Origin: a bacterium
GTDB lineage: Bacteria > Omnitrophota > Gorgyraeia > Zapsychrales > Zapsychraceae
Reading direction: 5' to 3'
NCBI GenBank assembly: GCA_030429765.1
Contig: JAUIER010000005.1
Coordinates: forward strand, 3,175 to 67,174
Length of the DNA: 64,000 nt
Both the position numbers and the translations under genes were made by a program. Every line of letters begins with the position of its first letter. Position 1 is the first letter of the stretch. Of the stretch, positions 19,583 to 29,034 are shown one piece after another. Under the pieces are notes generated by a model. It had not been told where the DNA came from and ran no database searches. It saw only the letters and a list, made by a program, of their open reading frames with translations.

Positions 19583-20311
19583 ATGTCACCTAGCCATCGT
19601 AGCAATGCAACTTTTCACAACCATTTCGAATTTCTGGAGCTTTTTCTTATAAACCAAATGTTGGAATTATTTTCATTCCTGAGTATGCCCTATTTAAGAC
19701 TTAAACCCCTAGTTGACTTTTTTGCAGCTGCGGCAGGATTAATCCTTTTTTCACCCTTTTTGTTAACGGTAATTCTGCTCGTATGGATCACCTCGCGAGG
19801 CCCAGTCCTATATTCTCAAACCCGGGTCGGAAAAAATGGAAAACACTTCATAATTTATAAATTTCGAACAATGCATATCGACGCGGAGAAAGAAAGCGGC
19901 CCCATTTGGGCAAGCAAGAATGATACTCGTGTAACATCAATAGGCAAGTTCCTTCGAAAATCACATATTGATGAACTTCCACAGCTTATCAACGTATTGA
20001 AAGGCGAAATGAGCATCGTTGGTCCAAGACCGGAGCGTCCAATTTTTGTTGAAAAATTCATACAGTCAGTCCCTAACTATAACGAACGCTTATCGGGGAT
20101 GCCTGGAATCCCAGGATTAGCACAAGTACGACATAGTGGTGATGAGTCCATAGAAGATGTTGTTAGAAAATTGTCGTTCGATTTAGACTACCTTAGAAAC
20201 ATTAGATTTTCTAATGATCTTAAAATTTTCTTCCAAACGATTTATGTTGTATTGCGTGGCGTGAAACTAGGAGATCAACCTGTTATAAATATACCAGTTA
20301 CTGCCGATTAA
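19583..20311 (+). CDS. Polyprenyl-phosphate glycosyl-1-phosphate transferase (bacterial sugar transferase, WbaP/EpsB C-terminal domain family), the EPS/glycan priming enzyme.
   Basis: Motifs KRLVDFF.A...L..SP, YSQTRVGKNGKHFIIYKFRTM, DELPQLINVLKGEMSIVGPRPERP; start chosen at ATG 19583 with a GGAGG RBS. Confidence 0.8.
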   Translation: MSPSHRSNATFHNHFEFLELFLINQMLELFSFLSMPYLRLKPLVDFFAAAAGLILFSPFLLTVILLVWITSRGPVLYSQTRVGKNGKHFIIYKFRTMHIDAEKESGPIWASKNDTRVTSIGKFLRKSHIDELPQLINVLKGEMSIVGPRPERPIFVEKFIQSVPNYNERLSGMPGIPGLAQVRHSGDESIEDVVRKLSFDLDYLRNIRFSNDLKIFFQTIYVVLRGVKLGDQPVINIPVTAD

Positions 20312-20377
20312 GTGGACCATCTAGCGATATATCATTTTAAACTCCATGCATGTTAACCTCATTAACAAGGAGAAAAT

Positions 20378-21550
20378 ATGAAAACTTTAATTGAGAAAGC
20401 ATTAACCATTTGCCGCCTGTTTGACTCTTTGATCCAGCATGTACTCATTGGTTTTTTACTAATCCTCATTCTCAACGCGTCTAATGCTTCTGCGTTTCTT
20501 ATAGAAAGAGATTATCAAACTTTAGGAGACAATCTCTTTACTCTTGATACCCAAACCGGCCTTCTATGGCTAGATGTGCCAGTTACCAGTCCCCAAAGTA
20601 AAGATAGCATTCTGGACTTTATTGCCGAAGAAGACTTTTTTTGGGGAATTCGAGACTTAAATTCCTCTGGACAAATAATTAGTGAAGTTGAAATGTTGAT
20701 GCAACATGCTGGTATAGTTAATACTTTTGGTGTACCTACGGCAGCTAACGATGCGGGCGTACTAAAATTGTTAGCATTAATGGGAGAGACTACTGTTGGC
20801 GAGCAATATGGCATATTTCATAATGTTTTAGGACCAACTAATACGTCGTCTTCAAAATTGGTGTATAGTCCAGGAGCCTCCGAAGCGCATGGCATTTTTG
20901 ACAGCCTGGTACATACAAGTGATGGAAGAAATGATCGTGGACAGTATCTCAGACGCATAGCAGATCCAAACTCTTACGAATCTCTTTCTAATGGCAATAA
21001 TTCCAGCTCTCTGCTTGGAGGAACTTCTAGTACAGGAGGTGTAACTGTAACGTTTGATACAAACGACGACGGGGTTTTTCTTGCCGAGTACAACTTGGAA
21101 AATCAATCAGAGTTCCTAAAACATATCTTTGACAATCAGGTGGAGAATCTGAACTTCGCAATTCCAGGTGAGAATATTCAATGGTGGGACCTTGATTATA
21201 AGAGTGATTTCGGACTTGCTGACCCAAATTTTGGAACAGCTCTAGTTCAGTTAAAATATGACGATTCAGAGTTGGGTCAATTATTTAACGAAAGTGATTT
21301 GCAAGTATTTCATTTTAGGCAAGGGGCATGGGAATTGGTGGCAACTACAGTGGATACCGATGCAAATATCGTCTCCTTTTCTACAAATAGTTTTTCTCCA
21401 TTTGCTTTAGGAATGTCCTCTAGTGTAATTCCTGAACCAACTACGATACTGTTGTTTGGAGGAGGTTTGCTTGGGTCAATTTTAAAGCGGAAAATTAGAT
21501 TTTCGGGAGTATCGTCTATTCCCTCTACTACGACCGACTTTAGGATTTGA
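20378..21550 (+). CDS. PEP-CTERM sorting-signal protein (secreted, exosortase-substrate-like), with an extra 15-aa tail after the basic cluster.
   Basis: C-terminus VIPEPTTILLFGGGLLGSILKRKIRF = PEP motif + TM helix + Arg/Lys cluster; N-terminal signal; AAGGAG RBS. Confidence 0.7.
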   Translation: MKTLIEKALTICRLFDSLIQHVLIGFLLILILNASNASAFLIERDYQTLGDNLFTLDTQTGLLWLDVPVTSPQSKDSILDFIAEEDFFWGIRDLNSSGQIISEVEMLMQHAGIVNTFGVPTAANDAGVLKLLALMGETTVGEQYGIFHNVLGPTNTSSSKLVYSPGASEAHGIFDSLVHTSDGRNDRGQYLRRIADPNSYESLSNGNNSSSLLGGTSSTGGVTVTFDTNDDGVFLAEYNLENQSEFLKHIFDNQVENLNFAIPGENIQWWDLDYKSDFGLADPNFGTALVQLKYDDSELGQLFNESDLQVFHFRQGAWELVATTVDTDANIVSFSTNSFSPFALGMSSSVIPEPTTILLFGGGLLGSILKRKIRFSGVSSIPSTTTDFRI

Positions 21551-21555
21551 ACCCA

Positions 21556-21930
21556 TCAGATATGTGAAAGATGCCTTTTTAACAGATCATCCAACTCGCT
21601 GTCCTTAAGCCCTCGCATATTTCCAGGCTTGACCTCTTCAGACTCGGAAACTGAGACTTCTCTGGGGAGCATTCTGGCAAGTAGGGTATAAAAAACCTTT
21701 TCATTAGCCGGATCACCCTCCGCCCATTCAACCAGACGATCAACCCCTCCTAGCCGCTCAAACGCATCTAGAAATACCTGTTTTAAGGTAGTGAATTTAT
21801 TGAGCGTACCCTTCTTTTTACCTGAAGGATTCAATGGCGCCGATCCTTTGGCTATTTTCCCATCAGCGGTCCGTTTGATGATTTTTCCGTCTTTAACCGT
21901 CTTTTTAATGGTTCTGCTCGCTCTTTTCAT
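21556..21930 (-). CDS. Hypothetical mobile-element protein downstream of the integrase (Lys-rich N-terminus; DAFERLGG...LVEWAEG helix region).
   Basis: ORF; start set at ATG 21930 to avoid overlapping the integrase stop at 21938. Confidence 0.35.
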   Translation of the reverse strand: MKRASRTIKKTVKDGKIIKRTADGKIAKGSAPLNPSGKKKGTLNKFTTLKQVFLDAFERLGGVDRLVEWAEGDPANEKVFYTLLARMLPREVSVSESEEVKPGNMRGLKDSELDDLLKRHLSHI

Positions 21931-21937
21931 ACATATA

Positions 21938-23143
21938 TTATGCCGCAGATCGCGGTTCACGAACAATTGAAAGCTCAGAATTTAAAACATCGCCATCAAG
22001 GCCATTTTGAAATAATAGGCTGTCTAATTTGTCCCCAACCGCAACATTATCAACGGGTAAAAGATGCCCATATCTGTCCATAGTTGTCTGAATTGAACTG
22101 TGCCCGAGTTGGCTCTGAATGAACTTCGCATTCTCCCCCTGGGCTATCAATAATGACGTATATGAATGTCGTAAATCATGGAATCTAATCTTTCTTAAAC
22201 CAGCCCTCTCCAAAGCTGGATGAAATTCGCGTTTTAACATATTGTCACCACTGATCGGATTCCCTTCTTTGTTTGCAAATACGAGATCATGTTCATTAAT
22301 CGGACTGACTATCTTATGGATCTCAAGTGCCTTTTTTAGATTGGCAGACATGACAATAGCTCGCTTTGATCGTGCAGACTTCGGGGCTACAAATTGCCAC
22401 CCACCCCCTTTTAGGGTACTTTTTGTACTGTACAAACTGCGCCTGACATGGATGGTATTGCTATTCCAGTCTATATCCCCCCATTGCAACGCTAGCACTT
22501 CGCTACGCCTCATCCCGGTCATTACCGCCGTCATAAACAAGGTCCGATATGGCTCATCTGCGTTATTAAGCAGCAAATTTATCTCGGATGGGTTCAAATA
22601 GTCCATTTCTCTATGTTCTTCCTTGAATTTTTTGATATCCGCAGCCGGATTGATCTTCGTATGTCCCCACTCCTTCGCGTGCTTGAAGAGTGTTTTCATC
22701 AGCACCAGAATATTATTTACAGTTTTAGGACTTCTGGTTTTTGCAATATCAGCCAAAAACGACCTGATATCTCCGGCGTTGATCTTTGATACTGTACCGC
22801 CCTTAAAGGCTGGCCTGAGATGACAATTAATGATATTCTCATAATTATTGTATGTCCGCTGCTTTACCCTTGGCCGGGCGTATTCGTCCAACCATTTATC
22901 GGCAAATGCTCCAAATTTTATATCTACGACTTCGGAGAATTCACCCATGACAACCTGAGCTAAACGTCTGGCCAAGAGCTTCTCAGCAAGCTTCTTGTTT
23001 GTTCCGACTGTTTCGCGCTTTTGACGACCATTAACCCTGTAGGCTATGTAATAAACGGGATTCTTACAGCCGCCGTTGGCATTACAATACGCCTTCCCTT
23101 TACGTGAACAGACCTTACACCGTTTTAATACCGATCCCCTCAA
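21938..23143 (-). CDS. int: Tyrosine site-specific integrase (phage integrase family) with N-terminal Cys-rich arm-binding-like region; TTG start.
   Basis: C-terminal catalytic box RFHDLRHSYTSLLIAQGENAKFIQSQLGHSSIQTTMDRYGHL (R...HxLRH...Y) and upstream R (GMRRSEVLAL). Confidence 0.9.
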   Translation of the reverse strand: MRGSVLKRCKVCSRKGKAYCNANGGCKNPVYYIAYRVNGRQKRETVGTNKKLAEKLLARRLAQVVMGEFSEVVDIKFGAFADKWLDEYARPRVKQRTYNNYENIINCHLRPAFKGGTVSKINAGDIRSFLADIAKTRSPKTVNNILVLMKTLFKHAKEWGHTKINPAADIKKFKEEHREMDYLNPSEINLLLNNADEPYRTLFMTAVMTGMRRSEVLALQWGDIDWNSNTIHVRRSLYSTKSTLKGGGWQFVAPKSARSKRAIVMSANLKKALEIHKIVSPINEHDLVFANKEGNPISGDNMLKREFHPALERAGLRKIRFHDLRHSYTSLLIAQGENAKFIQSQLGHSSIQTTMDRYGHLLPVDNVAVGDKLDSLLFQNGLDGDVLNSELSIVREPRSAA

Positions 23144-23148
23144 TCTGA

Positions 23149-23343
23149 CTACCTCGATTGCTTTCTGATAAAACCAAGAACTTCCTCTGGATCAAATCGC
23201 AAATACTTGCCAACCTTATAGTGTGGAATACCATCCTGCCCTTGTGCCGTACGTTCGTACAGCCACCATTTAGTTACATTAAGTATTTGGGCCATCTCTT
23301 CAACATTGACCAAATTTGGTAATTTTTCGTTGGATAATTTCAA
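23149..23343 (-). CDS. xis: Excisionase/AlpA-like helix-turn-helix DNA-binding protein.
   Basis: 64 aa; VEEMAQILNVTKWWLYERTAQGQ..IPHYKVGKYLRFDPEEV matches the excisionase-family HTH pattern; located just upstream of int. Confidence 0.7.
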   Translation of the reverse strand: MKLSNEKLPNLVNVEEMAQILNVTKWWLYERTAQGQDGIPHYKVGKYLRFDPEEVLGFIRKQSR

Positions 23344-23498
23344 TATTATCGCCTTTCCTTAGATTCGTACACGCTTATTTAATTCACCCTATATCGTCGA
23401 CATTGACTGATTTTTTTCATTATTTCCCTTGTTTTCAACCCCTCTATATACTGCATTCTCTGTCGCAAATAACATTAAGTATATTTGTCAATGTCGTC

Positions 23499-25718
23499 TT
23501 ATTTGTTTAACAAGTGCTTAAGTTTAATATTGATCCATATGTGTCCAGTTGAGCCTCTAGACTCCTCAATTTTAGCGAAGTGCTTTTTTAGATGTCTTCC
23601 AAAATTAATTTTTGACAAGGGAAAACATCCGGAACTCTCACAATATTCAACATATCGAATGTATAATAGTTTTTTAGTGACACTCCATTCATTATTCAAT
23701 ATCTTGCCATTTGACTTTTTAAATTTTAGTGTCTTCCTTTTCAATCCAGATTTAGATACCCCTCGCACGGCACACTCCTCCGAAACAAACTGAAGAACAT
23801 TATTTTGCTCAATTCTGTACTTCTCTACATCCATTCTCATCTTTGATGTCACTTGAAACCTACCCCTATTCTCCAAGTTCCCCAACCCTTCAATCATCCA
23901 ATTTAGAATCCCCGAAAGCTCTTCCAGAAGTTTATTCTTCAAATTTCGATCATCCTTTTTTCCTTGAAACTGCTGTGTGTATCTGATGATAATTAATCTT
24001 CGAAAAAATGCGTCGGTCTTATCGTCAACCCGAGGCAGGTCGTTCATGGCAAAAATTAATTTCACAAACGGATTGAACTCAAAGGGTTGACCATACTTTC
24101 TGTCAGCTGTAATTGTATCTCCGCTGACAATTGCCTTAAAATTTGCATCATGTATCGCTTTTTTTGCTTCGGATTCGATTGAAATATTGACCAGCTTCCC
24201 ACTAAGTTGAGCGATATAGTGGCGGTTTCCAAAACACTCCATAGGTACTGAACTACAATTTTCTTTGCCTACTATTTTCTCAAAGACAGAAAAAAGTACA
24301 GATTTACCATTGGCTCCTTCTCCTACATTAAGAAGTGCTACTTGATGTGAATTATTTGGCGTTAAGCAGTAGCCCATGAACTCCTGCAAAACTGATATTT
24401 TCCCGACATCATCGGCAAATATCTGCCCTAAAGTCTCAATAAAAAGGGGGCATTCTGCCTTTGAGTCATACTCAATGGGGATTCTAATAGTTGAGATAAA
24501 ATCCGAAGCGTGAGGATCCAGTTTTCCTGTCCGAATATTTAAAATTCCATTTTTCATATTTAGACGATGCTTATCTTCATTTATCTTTTCTCCAGAAATA
24601 AAACTCTCTGTTAGCAGGGAATGAATTACATCATTGCATCTACTAATCTTAAATTGATTCTTCAATTCACGCTTGACCCATTTCTTGACAACTTCATCCG
24701 GGACTGGTTGATAATAGCCATCTTTATACTCATAGAATACTTTATTTGAGTTTATAATTTTGTGTTCAGACAGTATTTTGTCAGCTGTTATATTTGGATT
24801 AAATTGTCCAGCTACAACTACGTCTCCAGTTTCCTTCTCGTACTTTTTACAAGACTGAATGTATTTCTCAAATTTGGCTTTCCCGTATTTTTCTAAATAT
24901 TGCCGAATATCCCATCCCGACTTCAATTTACTAGTGAATTTCATAATCCGCACTTCCTGGGCCACATCAAATACCTTACCTGAAAATCTCTCTGCCCCTT
25001 TAAATCCAGCTTCATCATTATCTGGGATGATGTATACCACCTTTCCGCTAAAGTACTCAATTTCGTACTTTTTTATATTTCCCGCACCTGCTGTTCCGAC
25101 TGCAGGATAGCCGTTGTCCTTAAGAGCCAACGCACTCCATGGACCTTCAGCGACAAATATTCTCTTTTCATTACAATTGAATAAGTCTTCGACGCCGTAG
25201 AGTATATTTTCAGCACCTCTGGAGGAAATAGTGTCGCCCCCCAAGCACTTCTTATAAATGTTCCTTATAACCCCTTTCTTGTCTCTGGCTGGTAATGTAT
25301 ACTGGCCTTGCTTATTCATCCCTAATTCTGAATTTTTAAGTATTTCCCTTGATAGACCTCTTTCCTTAGCAAACTCCTCCAATTTCTTCTCAGACATATT
25401 ATCTATATACTGATCTACACTAGCCTGTGAAAATCTCGGCTTCTTTCTTCTTGCAATCTTAATGGGCTTTCTAGTTCTAAAACTATTTATTTCTTTAATA
25501 GTATCTATTTGACTCATATTCTTTAAAGCTCTTAAAAATGTTATGGCATTTCCCTGGAAATCACATACTTTACAATCGCATTGTCCAGTTTCTCTACTAG
25601 CGTAGAAGTGTTGCTCTTTATAGCAGAATGGACAGTCACCTTGAATTTGATCATCTCCAGAAAGTCCTGCTGCTTCAAGATGCTTAAAGTACAATTCTAC
25701 ATAATTTATATCCTCCAT
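23499..25718 (-). CDS. Primase-helicase of phage/plasmid P4 type: CHC2 zinc finger, Toprim domain, then D5-N/P4 C-terminal SF3-like NTPase.
   Basis: GDCPFCYKEQHFYA...CDCKVCDFQGNAITFL (zinc finger); RIFVAEGPWSALAL...YIIPDNDEAGFKGAER (Toprim); GEGANGKS Walker A and DDKTDAFFRRLIII. Confidence 0.85.
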   Translation of the reverse strand: MEDINYVELYFKHLEAAGLSGDDQIQGDCPFCYKEQHFYASRETGQCDCKVCDFQGNAITFLRALKNMSQIDTIKEINSFRTRKPIKIARRKKPRFSQASVDQYIDNMSEKKLEEFAKERGLSREILKNSELGMNKQGQYTLPARDKKGVIRNIYKKCLGGDTISSRGAENILYGVEDLFNCNEKRIFVAEGPWSALALKDNGYPAVGTAGAGNIKKYEIEYFSGKVVYIIPDNDEAGFKGAERFSGKVFDVAQEVRIMKFTSKLKSGWDIRQYLEKYGKAKFEKYIQSCKKYEKETGDVVVAGQFNPNITADKILSEHKIINSNKVFYEYKDGYYQPVPDEVVKKWVKRELKNQFKISRCNDVIHSLLTESFISGEKINEDKHRLNMKNGILNIRTGKLDPHASDFISTIRIPIEYDSKAECPLFIETLGQIFADDVGKISVLQEFMGYCLTPNNSHQVALLNVGEGANGKSVLFSVFEKIVGKENCSSVPMECFGNRHYIAQLSGKLVNISIESEAKKAIHDANFKAIVSGDTITADRKYGQPFEFNPFVKLIFAMNDLPRVDDKTDAFFRRLIIIRYTQQFQGKKDDRNLKNKLLEELSGILNWMIEGLGNLENRGRFQVTSKMRMDVEKYRIEQNNVLQFVSEECAVRGVSKSGLKRKTLKFKKSNGKILNNEWSVTKKLLYIRYVEYCESSGCFPLSKINFGRHLKKHFAKIEESRGSTGHIWINIKLKHLLNK

Positions 25719-25921
25719 TATTTAATCCCCTCCATTTCAATTGCTAAAAAATACTTTGTTTTATACGTCCCTTTGTTGTTACTAATAACAGTTAAGATAT
25801 ATCGTTTTCCCTCTTCGTCTAGCTGTACTATCTCCCAGCGTACAATTGGCCTAATTTTGCTTAGCTTCTTAAGCGACCATTCAAGTTTTTCGTAAAAACT
25901 TTCCTTCTTTGAATTCATCAA
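25718..25921 (-). CDS. Small hypothetical protein translationally coupled to the primase (stop/start overlap).
   Basis: 67-aa ORF ending at the primase start codon. Confidence 0.35.
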   Translation of the reverse strand: MMNSKKESFYEKLEWSLKKLSKIRPIVRWEIVQLDEEGKRYILTVISNNKGTYKTKYFLAIEMEGIK

Positions 25922-26036
25922 ACACCTCCGTTACAATTTTTTTATGCAAAACCCTTTACAGAAAAGAGCTAACATATATATTGCACCAGAAACCAAAACA
26001 CGCTAGTTAGTTGTTTTAGCGTGTATATTTATTTGC

Positions 26037-26070
26037 ACAAAAAAGCCCCTTTCCGTCCAGAAAGAGGCTT
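26037..26070 (-). terminator. Hairpin (aagcccctttc / gaaagaggctt) with flanking A/T runs; terminator downstream of gene 26108..26869 (bidirectional possible).
   Basis: Inverted repeat with one mismatch, flanked by an AAAAAA run on the plus strand (T-run on minus). Confidence 0.45.
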
Positions 26071-26107
26071 ACTTTATTTTTGTAATGATCTTAATTTTTA
26101 TAGCGTG

Positions 26108-26869
26108 TTAAGGTTTTTCTAATTTCTTAACCTTAATTTTTCCCTGACACTTCCTTCTATTGTGATATTCATAGCGGCACTTCTTATCACAATACATTCC
26201 ATTTGATCTTCTACAGACAAACCACTGAGAGCAATATTTACATTTTTTTATATGATACCCACCCTTGCATATCAATATTCTATGAATAAAATCGAATATA
26301 CCTGCGGTTAATTTTGTCCGAATAACCGATGAATAGCTTTGTTCATGTATCTTGTAATCTTCCCAAGAAGGAATCAAATAAAAGAAAAGGTCTGATAGAC
26401 TACTTTCTACTAGTAACTTATTAATTTTTTTATATGCTTTCTTACCAGATAGTCTGTATTCTGTATCAGATTCGAAAATATCATTTATATAATCGCTACT
26501 TTTTATACCAACCCTCGCTAATTTATCAAACTCCAATACTATTCTCATGGGTTGCTTTCTCAAAATTTCACTAAGACCCAAAATTTCTTTCTGTGCGTAT
26601 TTTTTATATATATCTATATTTCTGTCCTCATTCGTTTTTAACTTTGATTTTTTCCCCTCATGTCTTTTTCGATATACTTCTTCTTTTTCATTTATATATT
26701 CAATATACTTTTTGGTTTCTTGGATATCCTTGTAAAGCTCCAAATCTTGATGCTTCCCTTTGTCTTTTAGTAAGGAACAATCATCATTAAAAAGCTCGGC
26801 TAAGTCAAACTTTGCCAATATATTTTTGTTTAGCTCATCAATACGGACATTTTTGGATTTCTTTTTCAT
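26108..26869 (-). CDS. Hypothetical Lys/Glu-rich protein with C-terminal Cys-rich zinc-ribbon-like tail.
   Basis: C-terminus KCKYCSQWFVCRRSNGMYCDKKCRYEYHNRRKC. Confidence 0.4.
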   Translation of the reverse strand: MKKKSKNVRIDELNKNILAKFDLAELFNDDCSLLKDKGKHQDLELYKDIQETKKYIEYINEKEEVYRKRHEGKKSKLKTNEDRNIDIYKKYAQKEILGLSEILRKQPMRIVLEFDKLARVGIKSSDYINDIFESDTEYRLSGKKAYKKINKLLVESSLSDLFFYLIPSWEDYKIHEQSYSSVIRTKLTAGIFDFIHRILICKGGYHIKKCKYCSQWFVCRRSNGMYCDKKCRYEYHNRRKCQGKIKVKKLEKP

Positions 26870-26897
26870 GAAGTACAGAATAGCAAATAAAGCCGGA

Positions 26898-27443
26898 TTA
26901 AGCCAGTGATGAGATACCTTGCCAATAATTTACATATTGGCTGAGATTTCGATCTGGATTGGAATAGTCATGTTTGGCTATCTGAATCTGTTCATCTTTG
27001 GAAAGTCCTCTTGTTTCCCAGCACTGCCCCTTCTTTGTAATCATAAGATACGTTTGCCAAACCTTCATCTTGCCGTGAATTGAAGTAAGAAATTCGTGGA
27101 GCGTTTTGGGAGGAAGTATTACATATTGGATCTTTTTGCTGTGGATTGACATTAGAGTAAAAACCCATAGATCCGCAACGGACTTTTCCATCTTCTCTGG
27201 ATTCAAAGACCACCATCCCCAAGCTGCAAGATTTTCCCTTAAGTATGCGGTCGAATTCTGAATCAGGAAATCTTTACTGAACTTAACCTGAAGCGAGACT
27301 GTTTTTTTGTTGGTTTTATCAGTGACAAGAAGGTCAACCCCGGTATCTTTGGAAGGAACCCATACATTCAAGCCCTTGAATGTAGATTCAATATGGCTGG
27401 CTACAAGATACTCCCCGGCATGAATGGTAAAAATTGGCCTCAT
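26898..27443 (-). CDS. Small putative PD-(D/E)xK-fold (restriction-endonuclease-like) protein.
   Basis: Pattern HAGEYLVASHIE ... GVDLLVTDK ... SLQVKFSK fits E-(n)-D-(n)-(E/Q)xK of the nuclease fold. Inference only. Confidence 0.4.
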   Translation of the reverse strand: MRPIFTIHAGEYLVASHIESTFKGLNVWVPSKDTGVDLLVTDKTNKKTVSLQVKFSKDFLIQNSTAYLRENLAAWGWWSLNPEKMEKSVADLWVFTLMSIHSKKIQYVILPPKTLHEFLTSIHGKMKVWQTYLMITKKGQCWETRGLSKDEQIQIAKHDYSNPDRNLSQYVNYWQGISSLA

Positions 27444-27510
27444 AGATTGCGTGAATTTGTAGACTATCGTCCATGTTCTATTTGTTTTCTATAGTCTACA
27501 TTATTTAATT

Positions 27511-27753
27511 ATGGCAATCAATTCTGAACTCGATAATCTACGATCCAAACTAGCGACCACTATCAGAAACCGAAGAAAAAAACTGAAGTTATCCCAAGAG
27601 GATATGGCTGAATTGGCCGAGATTGATAGAACATACGTAAGCAGGTTGGAGAATGGAAGGGTTGATATTAGCGTTGCCGTAGCTTTTAAGGTGGCCCTAG
27701 CCTTAAAAACCACACTCTCGCAAATCATTAAAGAAACTGAAAAATCTTTATAA
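27511..27753 (+). CDS. XRE-family helix-turn-helix transcriptional regulator (Cro/C1-type).
   Basis: LKLSQEDMAELAEIDRTYVSRLENGRVDISVAVAFKVALALKTTLSQI is a classic HTH_XRE pattern; preferred over the antisense ORF 27501..27758. Confidence 0.75.
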   Translation: MAINSELDNLRSKLATTIRNRRKKLKLSQEDMAELAEIDRTYVSRLENGRVDISVAVAFKVALALKTTLSQIIKETEKSL

Positions 27754-27754
27754 T

Positions 27755-29014
27755 TCAATTTCGTTCAAATACCACATCCAAAAACGGCACCAATGCTCTG
27801 GCTGATTCTTGCAACACCCTAATGGCTTGCTCAGTTTTCACAACTTTAGATCTACCTAGCCTAATTTCCACACCTATCTGCATTTGTAAATTTGACTTCT
27901 TATTCTTCATTGCACTATAAGTTGCTGAAATCCATTCCGGCTGGTATTTCTCCTTACCTTTACTCTTGGCTATAGTTCGCAAATCATAATTTAATACAGC
28001 GTCCACAATCCCCGAGTGACTCTGACTCAAATAATGACGTTGCAATAACTTGATAGTCGGCTTTAGAGCTTCATCCATATCAATTGACTTACTCATCCTA
28101 TTTGAAACCAACGTTATTAAATTATGAAATTCATCAAAATTGAGATTAAAAATCCTATTTCTATATTCGGTATTTAGACGATGTGGCAACGTTAACATCA
28201 TTTCAACTCGATCAAACATTATCCCAAAGGTTAAATGAGGATGCCTCGTAAAGTCCATTGTGGCCTTAGACTCCCTGAACCTTAAGAAATCCCATACGAC
28301 AGTTCCTTTTGTTCCTTTAATGGCTCCTCGTCCTGGTAATCTGGGATCAACCCCCAATTCTTTAATCAGCTTTCTATTTTGCTTAAACTCCGCTATTAGT
28401 AGCCTCAGCAATCTTTTAGCCTCTATATATGAATATGGATTGTCAGCATCAAAGGGGATACCCGAGAATTTCGTTAATGCTCCAGCCTTTAAATATTCGT
28501 CTTGTACCATGCGAGCCTCCAAAACTTCGAAATACTTAGTAAATAAATTGGGCCAAACTGAACGATTGGACTGCCGAATACCCCACTCATAAATCTCTCG
28601 CCAAGTCTTCTTATGCACATATTTGGGCAAAGATTTTGTCTCAAATTCTGCGGTAATAACAAGCAAACTCGGATTCTGATACCCTCGCTTGACTATCGTG
28701 CTATAGTGGCGCTTAAGCTGATTAATAGATAACTGACTTGCAACTTTGCTTTCAATGACAAGCATCCATCCATTATCATCAAATATGCAAGCATCCGGCA
28801 AACCCTTTCGTTCTGCCTCTTTCTCTTCAATCACTCCATGCCCCGGAAGGGACTGCTCAATTACGTTTAACTTATTTCGTTTTGTACACTTCTTACCAAC
28901 CGACCATCTCAAAAATTCTATTAGCAAATTGGTGTCTTGTGAAAGGCTTGATACGAGGGAATGTGTGAGTTTGTTTTCTGGCTGGCTGTATTGGTCAAAG
29001 ATATTACGCATCAA
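27755..29014 (-). CDS. Putative PD-(D/E)xK-like nuclease-domain protein (419 aa), downstream partner of the PHP-ATPase gene.
   Basis: N-terminal E13...T..; GLPDACIFDDNGWMLVIESKVASQ (D74 ... E88-S-K90) matches the PD-(D/E)xK core. No family could be assigned without a search. Confidence 0.45.
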   Translation of the reverse strand: MMRNIFDQYSQPENKLTHSLVSSLSQDTNLLIEFLRWSVGKKCTKRNKLNVIEQSLPGHGVIEEKEAERKGLPDACIFDDNGWMLVIESKVASQLSINQLKRHYSTIVKRGYQNPSLLVITAEFETKSLPKYVHKKTWREIYEWGIRQSNRSVWPNLFTKYFEVLEARMVQDEYLKAGALTKFSGIPFDADNPYSYIEAKRLLRLLIAEFKQNRKLIKELGVDPRLPGRGAIKGTKGTVVWDFLRFRESKATMDFTRHPHLTFGIMFDRVEMMLTLPHRLNTEYRNRIFNLNFDEFHNLITLVSNRMSKSIDMDEALKPTIKLLQRHYLSQSHSGIVDAVLNYDLRTIAKSKGKEKYQPEWISATYSAMKNKKSNLQMQIGVEIRLGRSKVVKTEQAIRVLQESARALVPFLDVVFERN

Positions 29015-29034
29015 AACCTTTCAATTTATTATTT

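Noticed and set aside
21530-21560. Possible third copy of the tRNA-Met att core (shared GATTTGAAC) at the junction between the PEP-CTERM gene and the integrase module, which would have split the island into two tandem elements.
   Set aside because: Only a 9-bp match. Flanking bases do not align with the 45-bp repeat at the correct spacing; GATTTGAAC is a generic T-loop-like word.
27501-27758. 85-aa minus-strand ORF overlapping the XRE HTH gene.
   Set aside because: The plus-strand translation has a textbook HTH_XRE motif; the antisense ORF is low-complexity and redundant.
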